DNA from: Nitrospirota bacterium
Lineage (GTDB): Bacteria > Nitrospirota > Thermodesulfovibrionia > Thermodesulfovibrionales > Dissulfurispiraceae
Direction of reading: 5' to 3'
Assembly: GCA_963710375.1 (NCBI GenBank)
Contig: CAVPZX010000002.1
Coordinates: forward strand, 192,001-256,000
DNA length: 64,000 nucleotides
The notes beneath the pieces were generated by a model. It saw only the letters and a list, made by a program, of their open reading frames with translations. It made no database searches and was not told where the DNA came from. Made by a program: the position numbers and the translations under genes. Below, piece by piece: positions 41,185-51,107 of this stretch (positions are counted from its first letter, which is position 1; each line of letters starts with the position of its first letter).

Positions 41185-43644
41185 TCACCATACCCAAAAC
41201 AGCCTGCTTATGTTCATCCATTCATCCCGGAACCCCTTTACCTCAGTAATTTGGAAATTTTTCCATGTCTTCACCGGCGCACTGCCGCCGTCCACTTCAC
41301 TAATTCCTACCGCCCCATCCCTGTCAGTCCTGAACACCCGGCAATTGGAAAGCATGGACAGGGTTTGTTCATGCGGGAAGCCAAACCTGTTTTTCCGTCC
41401 GCAACTGATTACTGCAATCTCCGGCGAAACAGCGTTTATAAATGCTTCCGATGACGAGGTGCGGCTGCCGTGATGGGCAACTTTCAGGACCGAGCTTTTA
41501 AGAGCCTGACCGGTATGGGCCGTGTCCTCTTCACCTTCCTTCTCCACGTCTCCGGTAAACAAAAAAGAGGCGGCGGTCCCCTGGACCCGCAGTACAAGTG
41601 AATCATTGTTCTCTTCGGAGTTTTCTTCGGATTTATTTGCGCCTGCAGAATAAAAACCATCATAAGGGTGAAGCACAGTGATGGCATATCCAGTGCCGCG
41701 AATCACATCTCCCCTTTGCAGACCCCGGTGTCCGACTTTTTCAAGAATTCCATTTTTGTATATAAGACGGTTGTTGTCCCAAATCGAGCGTACCTTAAAA
41801 GTATTAATAAGATATTCGAGCCCGCCTGTATGATCATGATGTCCGTGCGACAACATGATAGCCTCAATTTCATTAACACCCCTGTACCGCAGGAACTCGC
41901 CGATCTGGAAACCGCTGTTTCCGGTGTCCATGATTAGGGTACGGCGGTCAGGCAGTTCAATAACCGCACCATCACCCTGACCTACATCGAGAAAGGTAAC
42001 AGAGAGTCTGTCCCGGCGAAGACAGGCGGCAACCGAAAAAATCACTATGGGAACCAGGGCTACAGTGCAAGGGAAGGCCAGAGAACGGAAAAAGGGAAAA
42101 CCGGAGCGGGCGGCCAGAGATTGTCCTGCACCCGCTGCAGCACTCCGCGCACTATCTTTAACTCTGTAATAGATTATTGCCGTAAATATTACGAGGCCGG
42201 TGTAAAAGAAAACAAGCAGTACCGGAGGAAATGCGGGAATCCTGACCGCAACGAATTCCCATCGGCCGATATAATTAATAAACGATAAAACGTGCCCAGT
42301 AACAGCGTCAAGCAGCGTGTGAAAGGGGAAAACATCAAAAAAAAGGAAGATAAATGAGGATAAAAAAGCCAGGGGCAGGATGACAAAGCCTACAGCAGGA
42401 ATAATAATAAGATTGGTCACAGGCGAAACAATAGAAAAGGTATGGAAGTAATTAATAATGAGAGGGACTGTGCCCGCATTCGCAGCTATGGTTATAAGCA
42501 GCGAGGAGCGGATATAAGACATGAGGGAAGTCCCTTTGCCCTCCTGCTTGCCGCCCACAGCAAGGCCGATGCAGAGTACAGCAGCAACCGACAACTGAAA
42601 CGACAGGTCGGTCACTGAATCCGGCTGACAGACCACAATGATAAAAACAGCCATCAGCAGGTTATTAAGCCAAAACCCACTTCTTTGAATCAAAAGACCA
42701 AATAGAAAGAAACAGACCATTATGAAAGCCCTTACAGTACCGAAGTCCGGGGGTGAGATGCCCAGATACCAGACCATGAAAGGCAGACTGACGAAGGCGG
42801 CAATTTGAGAGGGTGACGCATAAAGGGTGAGCCGGGAGAAAATCTTATCGGGAAGCGTCTTGATCAAAAAACGGGTTGTCGCAAAAAGGAATAAAAAAAG
42901 CAAACCGAAATGCAAGCCGGCTTTGTGCAGAAGGTGAGCAAGCCCTGTAACATTGAAGGCGTTGTTTGTTTCTTTTGTAATAAGACCGCGCTCACCTGTG
43001 ATGAGCGCCATGATAAAGGAGGCCGATTCCGGTGAGAGAGACTTCTTGAAAACAGCATTCAGCCGGGCCCGTGATGTCTGAAAAAATCCTATTGGGCGTT
43101 CCCATATAGCGCCCGGAGGACTGTTGACCGGTTCAATGCCGAGTGCATAGCCTGATAACCCGGTCCTTCCGCCAGGATTCATAAAGTACGCATCCGCGGG
43201 AATATGGACCGTGATGCGATACGTCATGCCGGCGGTCATGACGCTGTCGCTCGTGACCCTCATTTCCCGGAGGCTCAGTCGGTTGCCGCGATCATCGGCG
43301 GTTTCGGAGATATCGATTATGTGCGAGAAGCTGCCCGGGCGAGAATACAGAGGGACAGGCTCCGAACGCACAGTGCCTTTAACTATTATCGTTTGCCCTG
43401 CAACTGCTGAAACAGTGTCCAGGGGAACAGTGCGCAGATGTGCAGAGCAGAAACCCAGGAGCGCCAGGACCGTTACTGCGGCAACAGACAGCAACTTGCG
43501 ACGGGCGGAGTGTTGAGACCCGTAAATGTTTTGTCTTACTGCAAGCGCGAGGAGAAGGGCAGATAAAAAAAGAGTCGCTACCGGAAAAAACCGGTACACA
43601 TAAACCAGAGCGGAACCATAAATAAAGGCGATGACATACTGCAC
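41185..43644 (-). CDS. comEC: DNA uptake protein ComEC/Rec2
   Basis: Competence domain (GLAHLL..GLH, SFQLS) plus MBL domain (FLDVGQGD, SHGHHDH, KVAHHGS, FGFPH, RTDRDG). Confidence 0.9.
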   Translation of the reverse strand: MQYVIAFIYGSALVYVYRFFPVATLFLSALLLALAVRQNIYGSQHSARRKLLSVAAVTVLALLGFCSAHLRTVPLDTVSAVAGQTIIVKGTVRSEPVPLYSRPGSFSHIIDISETADDRGNRLSLREMRVTSDSVMTAGMTYRITVHIPADAYFMNPGGRTGLSGYALGIEPVNSPPGAIWERPIGFFQTSRARLNAVFKKSLSPESASFIMALITGERGLITKETNNAFNVTGLAHLLHKAGLHFGLLFLFLFATTRFLIKTLPDKIFSRLTLYASPSQIAAFVSLPFMVWYLGISPPDFGTVRAFIMVCFFLFGLLIQRSGFWLNNLLMAVFIIVVCQPDSVTDLSFQLSVAAVLCIGLAVGGKQEGKGTSLMSYIRSSLLITIAANAGTVPLIINYFHTFSIVSPVTNLIIIPAVGFVILPLAFLSSFIFLFFDVFPFHTLLDAVTGHVLSFINYIGRWEFVAVRIPAFPPVLLVFFYTGLVIFTAIIYYRVKDSARSAAAGAGQSLAARSGFPFFRSLAFPCTVALVPIVIFSVAACLRRDRLSVTFLDVGQGDGAVIELPDRRTLIMDTGNSGFQIGEFLRYRGVNEIEAIMLSHGHHDHTGGLEYLINTFKVRSIWDNNRLIYKNGILEKVGHRGLQRGDVIRGTGYAITVLHPYDGFYSAGANKSEENSEENNDSLVLRVQGTAASFLFTGDVEKEGEEDTAHTGQALKSSVLKVAHHGSRTSSSEAFINAVSPEIAVISCGRKNRFGFPHEQTLSMLSNCRVFRTDRDGAVGISEVDGGSAPVKTWKNFQITEVKGFRDEWMNISRLFWVW

Positions 43645-43659
43645 AAACTAAACCCTTCC

Positions 43660-43935
43660 TCACAAGAGCAGGTCGGGACTCTCCGGAGAAAATTTTTCTC
43701 TCGGTCTTCTTTTGCCCAGGCCGAATACAGCGGCAGAAGACTCCAGGAACTCGAGATAACTCGTGAAGCTCTCCCTGAGTTTACGATCCCGGCGGCTTTG
43801 AGCAATCATTTCCATATAACGCCGGTGTCCCCAGAATGCAAAAGCAAGGGCGCCCATCAGGGCAAATGGGATATTATCCTTTTCCAACTCCGGCAATACT
43901 GCCGTCAAAACTTTCTTCATCTGCATTCCTTCCAT
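43660..43935 (-). pseudogene. Fusion remnant: N-terminus of a nucleotidyltransferase-like gene joined to the C-terminus of the downstream small gene
   Basis: IPFALMGALAFAFWGHRR (start of an NTase-like fold, cut before any DxD motif) fused to MEMIAQSRRD... Confidence 0.6.
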
Positions 43936-44113
43936 TGTACCATTCTCCTAAAAACTCCTCAATAAAAAGCCTCTCCGGCCATCCGAGTTGCTGTTAACGG
44001 TAACTTCACCTGTTATGGCTGAACATAACACCTGAGAGTCCGCACATGAGACATGTCAGCGACGTCGTTGGTTTCCGTTTGAAACCCTCAAAATACCTTT
44101 TTACTTCCTAACG

Positions 44114-44149
44114 AAAGTCAATAATCAAGTCTGACCCCGGTCTGACCCC
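44114..44149 (-). mobile_element. Orphan terminal repeat of the TIR-tyrosine-transposase family
   Basis: AAAGTCAATAATCAAGTCTGACCCC, 23/25 match to 28413-28437, followed by a tandem partial GGTCTGACCCC. Confidence 0.8.
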
Positions 44150-44171
44150 CCTGCACAAACTAAACCCTTCC

Positions 44172-44384
44172 TCACAAGAGCAGGTCGGGACTCTCCGGAG
44201 AAAATTTTTCTCTCGGTCTTCTTTTGCCCAGGCCGAATACAGCGGCAGAAGACTCCAGGAACTCGAGATAACTCGTGAAGCTCTCCCTGAGTTTACGATC
44301 CCGGCGGCTTTGAGCAATCATTTCCATATCCTTGTTGAGTGTTGCAGGGTCGTTTTCATTCAGTAAATTTACGAATTTTTTCAC
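44172..44384 (-). CDS. Small hypothetical protein (70 aa), putative partner of the nucleotidyltransferase remnant
   Basis: GTG start with GGAGGAG RBS; overlaps the 41-aa remnant ORF at 44356-44481. Confidence 0.55.
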   Translation of the reverse strand: MKKFVNLLNENDPATLNKDMEMIAQSRRDRKLRESFTSYLEFLESSAAVFGLGKRRPREKFSPESPDLLL

Positions 44385-44978
44385 TATACTCCTCCATTCC
44401 CAATATGCGACAATATTTATCAATTTTTTGCCAGTCCAGTTGAGGTCCTGTCAAAACTTTCTTCATCTGCATGCCTTCCATTGTACCATTCTCCTAAAAA
44501 CTCCTCAATAAAAAGCCGCTCCAGCCGCACGAGATACTGTTAACGGTAACTTCACCTGTTATGGCTGAACATAACACCTGAGAGTCAACACCGCGGACAT
44601 CTCAGCGACACTGTTGGTTTCCTATTATAACCTTGCGTTTTGCCCACGGCCTTGGTCATTTGCGGTCCTTCCTATACTCGGCACCCAGACGCCATAAGAC
44701 GGCCTTTTAGTTCTTGTTAACACAAAATGCGAACATAACGAAAAGTGCTCCCTTGATTTAAGTGTGATTACTCTGGCAGAACTCTTACCTGAAAATAATT
44801 TGGACCCAACTCAACATTTTCAAATTTTTCTGATGCGTAAGGCCCAATTATTGTATAGGTGTTAATAGAGGTGTTAATCGCTATCTTTATCTAGGTTCAG
44901 ACTATGATTACTTGTAATCTCTCTCAAAGTCCTTTCAATTAATGATTCACGCATACAATAATCGATACTCCTTTACCC

Positions 44979-47900
44979 TCATAAATTTACCGAACCCACT
45001 ATACAATTCAAGCCCATAATTTCAATATTATGGCAGTCCTTGTAAAGTTCTGTTACCTTTGGCAGATATTCTTTCAAAGAGTATTTATCATTAATCTGGA
45101 ATATCAGGAATATTCCCCAGCCCGATTTCGTCCCACTCATGTATTGCAATAATTTACCCTTATACTTGCGTCTATTCTTATCTTGAAAGACTTCCACTTT
45201 ATCAACTCGCTTCGTTTCAATTAAGATTGGACCAATAAATCCGTACGATATTAAGAAATCCGTTCGTTTATCATCCAAGAGCTGCTCTTCACGCTTAATA
45301 CTGACCTCGTTAGCTCTTAATCCTCGTTTAATTAATACATTTTCAAATTGTGTTTTGATTGTTTTTTGAATCAGGTCTTCTTGTTTCCCGCTGGTTTCCC
45401 GAATAAATTTATACGCACCTTCGGACTCTACCCAGTTTCTAAGATCTTCGTCGATAGCTTTTTTCACTACTTCCAATAAATCTCTAGCTGTAGCAATATT
45501 CAGATACTGGGTTTCTTTTAATTTGTTATACATTTTAATGCACTCAGCAATATTCTGAGGTTTGCCGATGTAGCGCAAATATTCCTGTCTTAAATTATGC
45601 AGTTTGTACTTGAACCAATTCATCCCTTCCTTTGAAGAATTTTTCTCCACATAGCTTTCAAGCTTTTTTAGATGAGAGTATGATTTCGTCTCTCGCAGAT
45701 TGTAAAAATAGGCAATCACAATCTCCCATAGATATTGCGCATATGCTTGATCGCCTTTTCCTTTTTGGAATATTTCAAAAGACTTTTGTAATAAAGACAG
45801 AAAGATATCTTTATATTTTGGATTCTTCAGCCCGCTTATCGGAGAGGCAAAACTCTTGTCCCTGAGTTCACTTTCTTGGGGACTGACACTATGTACACCT
45901 TCAGGCTCAATAAAAGAGAAGGCCCGTTTCATAATTTCTTTGAATCTCCATTTTATAGCTCCATCATTCAGGAATTTCTCTATCAGGCATTTGTTTGCAT
46001 CTTCTGCAATCCGAACGAAATCTTTATTGTTTTTATACTTCTTGAAAATATATTTAAAATATTTCTCATCAGGCTGAATAGCAGCAATAGCCTCCAGTGC
46101 CGATTCGCGGTACTGGAATAATAGTTCCGGATCATCTACAAATCTTTTTAAAATAGGAACTGCCCCGGCAATTCCGTATTTTTCACTCGTACTGGTAAGA
46201 CTTTCCGGCATAAATCTTTGGAGATCATCTTCTCTTTTCCCGCTGTAGAAGTTCAATAAGGTTTTTATTTCGCGGTCTGTTAGGTTTGGAACCAATGAAA
46301 AGATAGCTTGTCGCTGCTCATGATAAGCAAATGGGATATAGTTAATAATGCGTTGCCTGTATTTGGAAATATTCATTTTTAATAACTCGGCAACCCTCAG
46401 ACAATCACCGAAAATATTTATATAGCTGTGTGTCGTGTAACTCGTATGCCCGCTGTCATTGCTGGTAATAGTAAGCTTTTGCTCGCCAGGATCAAATTTG
46501 TCAAAAATTGACTCAATTACTAATTTCTCCAAACGCTTTTGATCGCGTTCTGTTATGATCGACATTAGTTTTTCTTCGTTTTTAATATAAAAATGGAAAA
46601 CACCAAGATCGAACTTGCCTTTTTGCGGTTCTAATTTAAATAAGAAGTCACGATAAATGTTATTTATTTTATTGACCTTTTTAGCTTCGCTTTTCCATCG
46701 CTCCTCAGTTTCAGCATATTCCTTTTTAAAATAGTTTCGCCCTTCTTCGTATACTTCTTTTTTATAAGTAGAGACAGATAAAAGCGTAAGAAGAGCAGAT
46801 ACTTCCTCCCCCATTTCTCTCAACTGATAAACAAATTTCGCGACATCCGGCTTTTCCAATAGAAGTGTAAGGAGAGAGCGCATACTAAAGAGATGTTCTC
46901 TAAGCTTCTCTGATTTTTTTAACTTAGCCAAGAATTTAAAGAGGTAATCGCTGTCTTTTTCTTTTAACAAAATTACAATACGTTTAATGAATTCTGATTT
47001 GTCAGTTATATACCACAGATCATCGGAAAATGCTGATACGACGATTTGCTGCAATTTGGTTTGAATTTCTCTATCCCAAGCATTTCTTATGTTTTGAACT
47101 AATTTATCGTTTTCTCTATGGCTGAAAATGGTTTCATGGTCCATGTATTGTTTCAAAAAGTCAGGATCATTAATGAAACATTTCAGTAAATATTTGACCG
47201 CTTTTGTCTCTTTCACTTCCCATAAACCATATCGGGCATGAATATATTCTCTATCATCCTTTGTCCATCTTATAAAGCAATCAATAGAGAATTTGTCATT
47301 AGGTGCAACGTGAAGGCATGCAAATATTAAAGTTTGTATTACTGCGCTATCATCTATATTTAAATCCTCTGTTATTTGTTTGATCAGATTGTTGTCTTTG
47401 TACTTACTCAATGCCGATAGCGCCGCTCTTTGAAGAATGCTATTTCTTTCTTTGATAAATTCCATTATCTTACTTTCCCAATAGGCTCTTTCTGACTTCT
47501 TAAAGACATTTAGGTCAAGCAGGAATTCCAAAATAGCAGCCACGTTTCTTTTTGTTATGTATGTCGAGTCTTTTAATTCGACACTATGCTTAAGAAGAGA
47601 ATGCTGAGAGGAATGAAAATAGTGGGATAAATTCCTAGCTATGTCAGATCTAATCCAATGCTGAATATGAGTGTAGTAATTGAAGATATTTCTAAAAATG
47701 TCTGTTCTTTCCTCGACCGACAGCCTATTGGTATCAACAGACGTCAACAAACGATGATATTCTTCGGCTTGCACAATGGAATCTCCCGATGCCCCGAAAT
47801 GAAGAATCGGTTTCAAGAGCGAGATATCAAGATCAATTACGAAACCTAGTGTATTAAACCATGACGGCAATATCTCTTTGAGTTCCTGATCAACTGCAAT

Positions 47901-49052
47901 ATCAAATATGACTTGTTCTGTTCGCCCTAATCTCAATATTTCTTTAGCAGCCAGATATTCCTGAAGTTCCGTATTTTCAAATTCGATAGTGTCTATGTTA
48001 TCTTTCAATAGACTTCTGCTGTAAAAAATCTCTATTGGTACCTGTTGTAGAAAACTGATATTAAGATTAGATTTTACATCATCGAAGAAGGTTATTAATT
48101 CTTCTTTCGTTAGAAGATTAGTCTGATAAATTTCCATCAAAAGAGCGAGCTTTTCCAAAACCCGCTTAATGATTTCTTTCTTTTGAGTGTTAATTCTCTT
48201 TTCTTCGATCTCAAGTTTCTTATAAATAAAAAGCTCAAATATCTCCGTCTTAGTCAAGTTACGTGTATACTCAATACCCTTTTCACGAATTATATCTATT
48301 ACCATCTCAAGATAGCGGGGCACCTGGATTAAGGGTGACGTTTTGTTATCAAAAAACCCCATTACTCTTTTAATATCGTTTCTGGTTAATCCTGAATTCT
48401 CCAGATACTCCTGTATTTGGTCGTTTGTAAAATGCCCGATTTCGATAAAACATAAATTTGTGTCATTGAAGGTCTCCCGCTCTCTTTTGAAGTGATGGAA
48501 TCTGCACGACACATATAAATGAATATGTTTATATTTAGATGAAAATTCCTTTATTCGGTCAGCAAACGTCGAAATATCTTCAAGTTTTATCTCATCTAGA
48601 GCGTCTAGACAGACAATCGTTATCTCAGCGTTTCGTAAAGTAAAGCCTTTTGTTTTGAGCAATGAAGTAGCTCTAAGTTTTGATACCGAAAGCCTGCCAT
48701 TTATCTCATCAGCGCTATCAGTCTTCTGAATAATGTAATTTTCTATATCTCTATCAACTTTCTTCAGATCAATAAATATCCCTTGCTTGCCTTGATCTTG
48801 AGATCGTAAAACTATTTCCTTCAGTAGCCTAGTTTTACCATAACCTGGTTCCGAAATGATAAAAGCACTTTTTACAGCAGCAAGGTCTTTTAGGGAGAAT
48901 GTATCATCAGTTAAAAAAGCATAATCGCCGTAATCGAGTTTTGATTTAAGCAGCTTTTCGAAAGTAGGATAATTGTTAAGCCTCGGATGGATGTAATTGA
49001 TTTGTTTGTTGTCAATTATCATTATCTTATTTCCCGTTCTATTCCTGACCAT
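44979..49052 (-). CDS. NACHT/STAND NTPase with helical repeats and C-terminal PD-(D/E)xK nuclease; putative antiphage NLR-like protein
   Basis: Walker A SEPGYGKT, Walker B VCLDALDE, VSCR, LQEYLAA winged-helix motif, HEAT-like segments, REEQLLDDKRTDF...ILIETK; visibly AT-rich. Confidence 0.78.
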   Translation of the reverse strand: MVRNRTGNKIMIIDNKQINYIHPRLNNYPTFEKLLKSKLDYGDYAFLTDDTFSLKDLAAVKSAFIISEPGYGKTRLLKEIVLRSQDQGKQGIFIDLKKVDRDIENYIIQKTDSADEINGRLSVSKLRATSLLKTKGFTLRNAEITIVCLDALDEIKLEDISTFADRIKEFSSKYKHIHLYVSCRFHHFKRERETFNDTNLCFIEIGHFTNDQIQEYLENSGLTRNDIKRVMGFFDNKTSPLIQVPRYLEMVIDIIREKGIEYTRNLTKTEIFELFIYKKLEIEEKRINTQKKEIIKRVLEKLALLMEIYQTNLLTKEELITFFDDVKSNLNISFLQQVPIEIFYSRSLLKDNIDTIEFENTELQEYLAAKEILRLGRTEQVIFDIAVDQELKEILPSWFNTLGFVIDLDISLLKPILHFGASGDSIVQAEEYHRLLTSVDTNRLSVEERTDIFRNIFNYYTHIQHWIRSDIARNLSHYFHSSQHSLLKHSVELKDSTYITKRNVAAILEFLLDLNVFKKSERAYWESKIMEFIKERNSILQRAALSALSKYKDNNLIKQITEDLNIDDSAVIQTLIFACLHVAPNDKFSIDCFIRWTKDDREYIHARYGLWEVKETKAVKYLLKCFINDPDFLKQYMDHETIFSHRENDKLVQNIRNAWDREIQTKLQQIVVSAFSDDLWYITDKSEFIKRIVILLKEKDSDYLFKFLAKLKKSEKLREHLFSMRSLLTLLLEKPDVAKFVYQLREMGEEVSALLTLLSVSTYKKEVYEEGRNYFKKEYAETEERWKSEAKKVNKINNIYRDFLFKLEPQKGKFDLGVFHFYIKNEEKLMSIITERDQKRLEKLVIESIFDKFDPGEQKLTITSNDSGHTSYTTHSYINIFGDCLRVAELLKMNISKYRQRIINYIPFAYHEQRQAIFSLVPNLTDREIKTLLNFYSGKREDDLQRFMPESLTSTSEKYGIAGAVPILKRFVDDPELLFQYRESALEAIAAIQPDEKYFKYIFKKYKNNKDFVRIAEDANKCLIEKFLNDGAIKWRFKEIMKRAFSFIEPEGVHSVSPQESELRDKSFASPISGLKNPKYKDIFLSLLQKSFEIFQKGKGDQAYAQYLWEIVIAYFYNLRETKSYSHLKKLESYVEKNSSKEGMNWFKYKLHNLRQEYLRYIGKPQNIAECIKMYNKLKETQYLNIATARDLLEVVKKAIDEDLRNWVESEGAYKFIRETSGKQEDLIQKTIKTQFENVLIKRGLRANEVSIKREEQLLDDKRTDFLISYGFIGPILIETKRVDKVEVFQDKNRRKYKGKLLQYMSGTKSGWGIFLIFQINDKYSLKEYLPKVTELYKDCHNIEIMGLNCIVGSVNL

Positions 49053-49358
49053 TTTACCACATTTGCAGGAATTGTTTAATTCCGATAAACAGATATCAAC
49101 AGACGCTTCTACAACTATTTCCCTTAGAAACTGCCACCATAATCAGAATCTATCTGACCGAGGACTTCTGTGAGCAGGTCGCACCGACATTCTCAAAAAC
49201 CCGCTTGCATTTTGAGATTCCAATAGTAGATATTTAAAGGACTTAGATCAGATGATTTTACTGTCTCGAAATCTGGTATTTTGTAGACAACGAAAATTTG
49301 AGGATATCTAATATCTGAGAACGATCAAGACCGCAGATCAACAGGAGCATGTGCGCAC

Positions 49359-49901
49359 ATGAAAAAAATGCAGCTCAGTAAAGCGTTCACGCTAATAGAA
49401 TCTGGTCCAGTTGTTCTTGTTACGACAAGTGACGGAAAGAAAGACAATATAATGACGATCTCGTGGACCATGGTGATAGACTTTACGCCGGTGTTTGCCA
49501 TAACCACTGGGCCCTGGAACTACTCGTATGTCGCACTTCGGAAATCGAAGGAATGTGTAATTTCAGTTCCCACTGTTGACCTGCTTGATAAGGTCGTTGG
49601 CGTAGGAACATGTTCCGGCGCAGACACGGACAAATTTGAAAAGTTTGGGCTAACTCCTGTGAAGGGAAAGTATGTTAGGTCGCCCTTGATTAAGGAATGC
49701 CTGGCGAATATCGAATGTAAAGTTATCGATATCGTCCAAAAGCACAATATCGTTGTCCTCGAAGGTGTCGCTGCGTACTTTGACAGTTCACGAAAAGAGA
49801 AGAGAACTGTTCACGCAATTGGCGATGGAACCTTTATAGTGGATGGGCGTAGGTTAAATCGAAAGAAAATGATGTGGACGAAGATTCCAGCGGGACTCTA
49901 G
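49359..49901 (+). CDS. Flavin reductase family protein
   Basis: GPVVLVTT, NIMTISW, GTCSGADTDKF, PLIKECLANIEC. Confidence 0.87.
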   Translation: MKKMQLSKAFTLIESGPVVLVTTSDGKKDNIMTISWTMVIDFTPVFAITTGPWNYSYVALRKSKECVISVPTVDLLDKVVGVGTCSGADTDKFEKFGLTPVKGKYVRSPLIKECLANIECKVIDIVQKHNIVVLEGVAAYFDSSRKEKRTVHAIGDGTFIVDGRRLNRKKMMWTKIPAGL

Positions 49902-50146
49902 TTCCTTGCTGAATTGGGGGATTCTGTTGCTACTTCCCTATAACCATCCATGTGTAATGGCATCCAGCGGCTTCGGCCTGATTCCGGGGACACAATACTT
50001 AATTCATGCTCGGCGGCCAAAAAATGATGAGATTTATTATCGGATGCGGAACCGCTAAACATATGCCCTAATTATTTATTATTTAGGGTAAATATGCTAT
50101 ATTTTGCTCAAAAGTTGAAAGGTTAGGCGTTAGAAAAGGAGGTTTT

Positions 50147-50629
50147 ATGGAATTCAAGGGGATAAGAGTTGATATACCGGAGGGGTGCAACATCATATTG
50201 GGCCAGACTCATTTTATCAAAACCGCAGAGGACCTATACGAGATAATTACGACTGCCGTGCCACAGGCGAAATTCGGTGTAGCCTTCACAGAGGCATCAG
50301 GTCCCTGCCTTATCAGGACCGAGGGCAATGACAACGGCCTCATTCAGGGCTGCGTCAAGATTCTTCAGGATATAGGTGCAGGTCACGTCTTCTGTATTCT
50401 GCTGAAGGAAGCCTATCCGGTCAATGTGCTCAACCAGATAAAGAACTGCCACGAGGTATGCAGGATATATTGCGCAACAGCCAATCCTTTAGAGGTATTG
50501 GTCGCCGTCACCCAACAGGGTGGCGGCGTCATCGGGGTTGTGGACGGTTTTCCTCCAAAGGGGGTTGAAACCTCTGAAGACAAAAAACAGAGGAAAGAGT
50601 TCCTGAGAAATATAGGTTATAAATTATAG
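50147..50629 (+). CDS. Adenosine-specific kinase / AMP-binding family protein (DUF355)
   Basis: [41 protein letters not shown]. Confidence 0.87.
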   Translation: MEFKGIRVDIPEGCNIILGQTHFIKTAEDLYEIITTAVPQAKFGVAFTEASGPCLIRTEGNDNGLIQGCVKILQDIGAGHVFCILLKEAYPVNVLNQIKNCHEVCRIYCATANPLEVLVAVTQQGGGVIGVVDGFPPKGVETSEDKKQRKEFLRNIGYKL

Positions 50630-50633
50630 ACAT

Positions 50634-51020
50634 TTATTCTGTCGACAGAAAATCATTTAGCGACTGTGGAGGATCAGTATATGTCGAATACGGAAACAAT
50701 AAACGTTCCATGAATGATTTCATCTCCCCAGAGACAGTACCAAAGTAGATAGGGGAACCCAGGATGACGGCATCTGCTTTTTCAATCTTGCTGAATATTA
50801 GTGTCAGGTCATCCTCGACGGCACACCTGCCATAGCTTTTACCACCTATAGTTTTACATGCAAAGCAGCTTATGCACCCCTTGAAGTTCAGATCATACAG
50901 ATGAATGAGTTCTGTCTCGGCTCCCTTCGAGGCAGCCCCTTCAAGAGCCTTCTCAAGCAGTGTCGCTGTGTTCCACTTTTTCCTGGGACTTCCATTGAAT
51001 GCCATAACCTTCATTGTCAT
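50634..51020 (-). pseudogene. Flavodoxin / NADPH-dependent FMN reductase family, C-terminally truncated
   Basis: NGSPRKKWNT, GCISCFAC, GSPIYF, FMERL; ends at about 128 aa against the convergent gene. Confidence 0.65.
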
Positions 51021-51107
51021 ATCTCCCTTTTTTATATCAGAGGTTATTTTCCTGCTCCGCCTCAATGCCTCTTCCAAGTCTAAATGCTACCACTGCCCGG
51101 CCGCAAA

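Larger units (their letters stand above)
43639..44622. repeat. Tandem duplication with different internal deletions
   Basis: 43639-43817 matches 44151-44329 (179 bp, no difference seen); 43904-44076 is similar to 44450-44622; the middles differ. Confidence 0.9.

Noticed and set aside
27428..44149. One 16.7-kb composite transposon between the left TIR and the orphan TIR
   Set aside because: The orientation would allow it, but the interval holds native-looking genes continuous with the flanking cluster, and the orphan end is diverged.
43990..44745. Integron attC sites suggested by CATAAC/GTTATG words
   Set aside because: I could not build a proper R''-L''-L'-R' structure, and there is no integrase.
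49985..50004. GGGGACAC word as another TIR end
   Set aside because: It fits GGGGWSAS, but the following bases do not match the element's TIR and no partner end was found.
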